Source of the DNA: Enoplolaimus lenunculus
Lineage: Eukaryota
Length of the DNA stretch: 64,000 nt
NCBI GenBank assembly: GCA_030248215.1
Contig: JASANG010002509.1
Location: forward strand, 434,001-498,000
Direction of reading: 5' to 3'
The notes under the pieces are model-generated. The model did no database searches and had not been told where the DNA came from. It saw only the letters and a program-made list of their open reading frames with translations. Position 1 is the first letter of the stretch, and each line of letters starts with the position of its first letter. This document shows, one piece after another, positions 62,767 through 64,000 of this stretch. Position numbers and translations under genes: made by a program.

Positions 62767-63999
62767 TTAATCCTGATCGGTACGTTTTTGCATCATTACA
62801 GCAATTAAGCCAACCGCCTTTGATTTCTTCCCGGACACTGTCATACTATTGGCTGGTCCATTAGACGAGTTTCCGTTCGACCTATCAGCTGCGAGACGTA
62901 CAATTTTTCGTGTGAAAAGTATCCAATCAACAAACAGCGCACATCCTGCAGTCACAATCGACGCAACAAACGTGTACACTGCCCATGCAGGGATCTGATT
63001 TCGCCGCGCTGTTCCTGACAGAAATTGGTCCATTTGGCTGCCTCCGAGGTGGTCTTGCTTGTACGCGTTCAAGGCATTGCCAATAGTCCTAATTGCGTAC
63101 AAAATCATTTCTTGATAAGATCGAGGATTAATTATGATACAATCACTGACGTAGGATTCCGTCTCGCGAAGTAACTGTTCCGGCAGTACCGAGTCCAGTC
63201 TCCGGTTCGTCGCGATCCGAAACAATGGGCCTTCGAGGATCAACTCGCCAGACCTACAGACAGCACCACCCATGACCAGAACCAACAAAACGTTTAACGA
63301 ACAATCGCTGCTTGAGTTATGACCGTCAGGTCGAGCGTGGGTTGAATTTTCACGACCCGTAAACCAACGCGAATGTAAAATTCGACCAAATTCGTCTAGA
63401 TATTTCAACGCCCGAGTAGCGTTCCATTCAAAATTATCAACAATATATCGAAGTTGAGGCAACCGATTACAGTAAGCGGTGGCACCGTTTGAAAACTGCT
63501 CTAAAGCGTTGAAATCAGGCAACGCCAGTACGGGTAGAATGACGATTCCAACTGATAAACGATAGCTCACGGGATCGTTTATCGACCCCAGAGCATTTGT
63601 TGAAGCCGACGGGGTACTGCGTGAGTGTGTCTCTGGGCCAGACAGCGTTTGTTGAACTTCGCCTACTACAGTGAATATTTCATGACGGAGCTGACTAGAG
63701 AACAAGCCAGATGCGTCACAGAGTGATACGCTTCGCTTGCGGTTACTGCGAGATTGTCCAAGATAAACAGGCGGTGAACTACAAATATCAATTGTATTTG
63801 CTCCCATATGAACAAATTCGCGACGGGGAAAATTCGTCCGGCCGGTCGGAATTTGTTGAGGGAGAGGAAAGTTACAAGGACTATAGAGTCCGTTGTTAAC
63901 AGATGGCGCTGGGTCAAATTTTCCAACGTAATAATCGGTAAACGACTTTGAAAAGGTTGCTGATTGGTGTGATTTTGATTTCGCCGGTAGCGAGTATGA
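62767..63999 (-). CDS. MOLO-1/TPM-domain-like single-pass membrane protein (5' end beyond window)
   Basis: The frame is open from the window edge to the stop at 62767. The pattern LCDASGLFS..VGIVIL..FGRILHSRW..CSLNVLLVLV..IAT...L...YQEMILYAIRTI followed by a hydrophobic helix (WAVYTFVASIVTAGCALFVDWILF) resembles the TPM/MOLO-1 architecture. Confidence 0.6.
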   Translation of the reverse strand, partial: SYSLPAKSKSHQSATFSKSFTDYYVGKFDPAPSVNNGLYSPCNFPLPQQIPTGRTNFPRREFVHMGANTIDICSSPPVYLGQSRSNRKRSVSLCDASGLFSSQLRHEIFTVVGEVQQTLSGPETHSRSTPSASTNALGSINDPVSYRLSVGIVILPVLALPDFNALEQFSNGATAYCNRLPQLRYIVDNFEWNATRALKYLDEFGRILHSRWFTGRENSTHARPDGHNSSSDCSLNVLLVLVMGGAVCRSGELILEGPLFRIATNRRLDSVLPEQLLRETESYVSDCIIINPRSYQEMILYAIRTIGNALNAYKQDHLGGSQMDQFLSGTARRNQIPAWAVYTFVASIVTAGCALFVDWILFTRKIVRLAADRSNGNSSNGPANSMTVSGKKSKAVGLIAVMMQKRTDQD

Positions 64000-64000
64000 C

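Overview
AT-rich eukaryotic genomic DNA, very likely nematode: TTAGGC telomeric hexamers, TTT(T/C)AG splice acceptors and intron-containing genes. Recognisable genes are a 4-exon HYLS1-like centriole/cilia gene (7227-9841, +), an intronless phosphomannomutase (12868-13641, +), a 2-exon dynein light chain LC8 (20722-17571, -) and a probable MOLO-1/TPM-like single-pass membrane protein that runs off the right edge (-). The most striking structure is an array of eight co-oriented, single-coding-exon ORFs (31671-59536). They encode 140-216 aa Tyr/Arg/Pro/Ser-rich proteins with no obvious signal peptide, are mostly spaced 3.1-3.8 kb apart, sit just behind a splice acceptor and share short motifs. 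Intergenic and intronic DNA is saturated with non-autonomous DNA transposons. These include about 30 copies or fragments of a GG-terminated, 8-bp-TSD (Merlin-like) MITE group that carries telomeric TTAGGC arrays as cargo, plus hAT-like, CACTG-ended, Harbinger-like and foldback elements, tRNA-derived SINE-like sequences and a palindromic 17-bp minisatellite. All calls were made by eye and no database searches were run.
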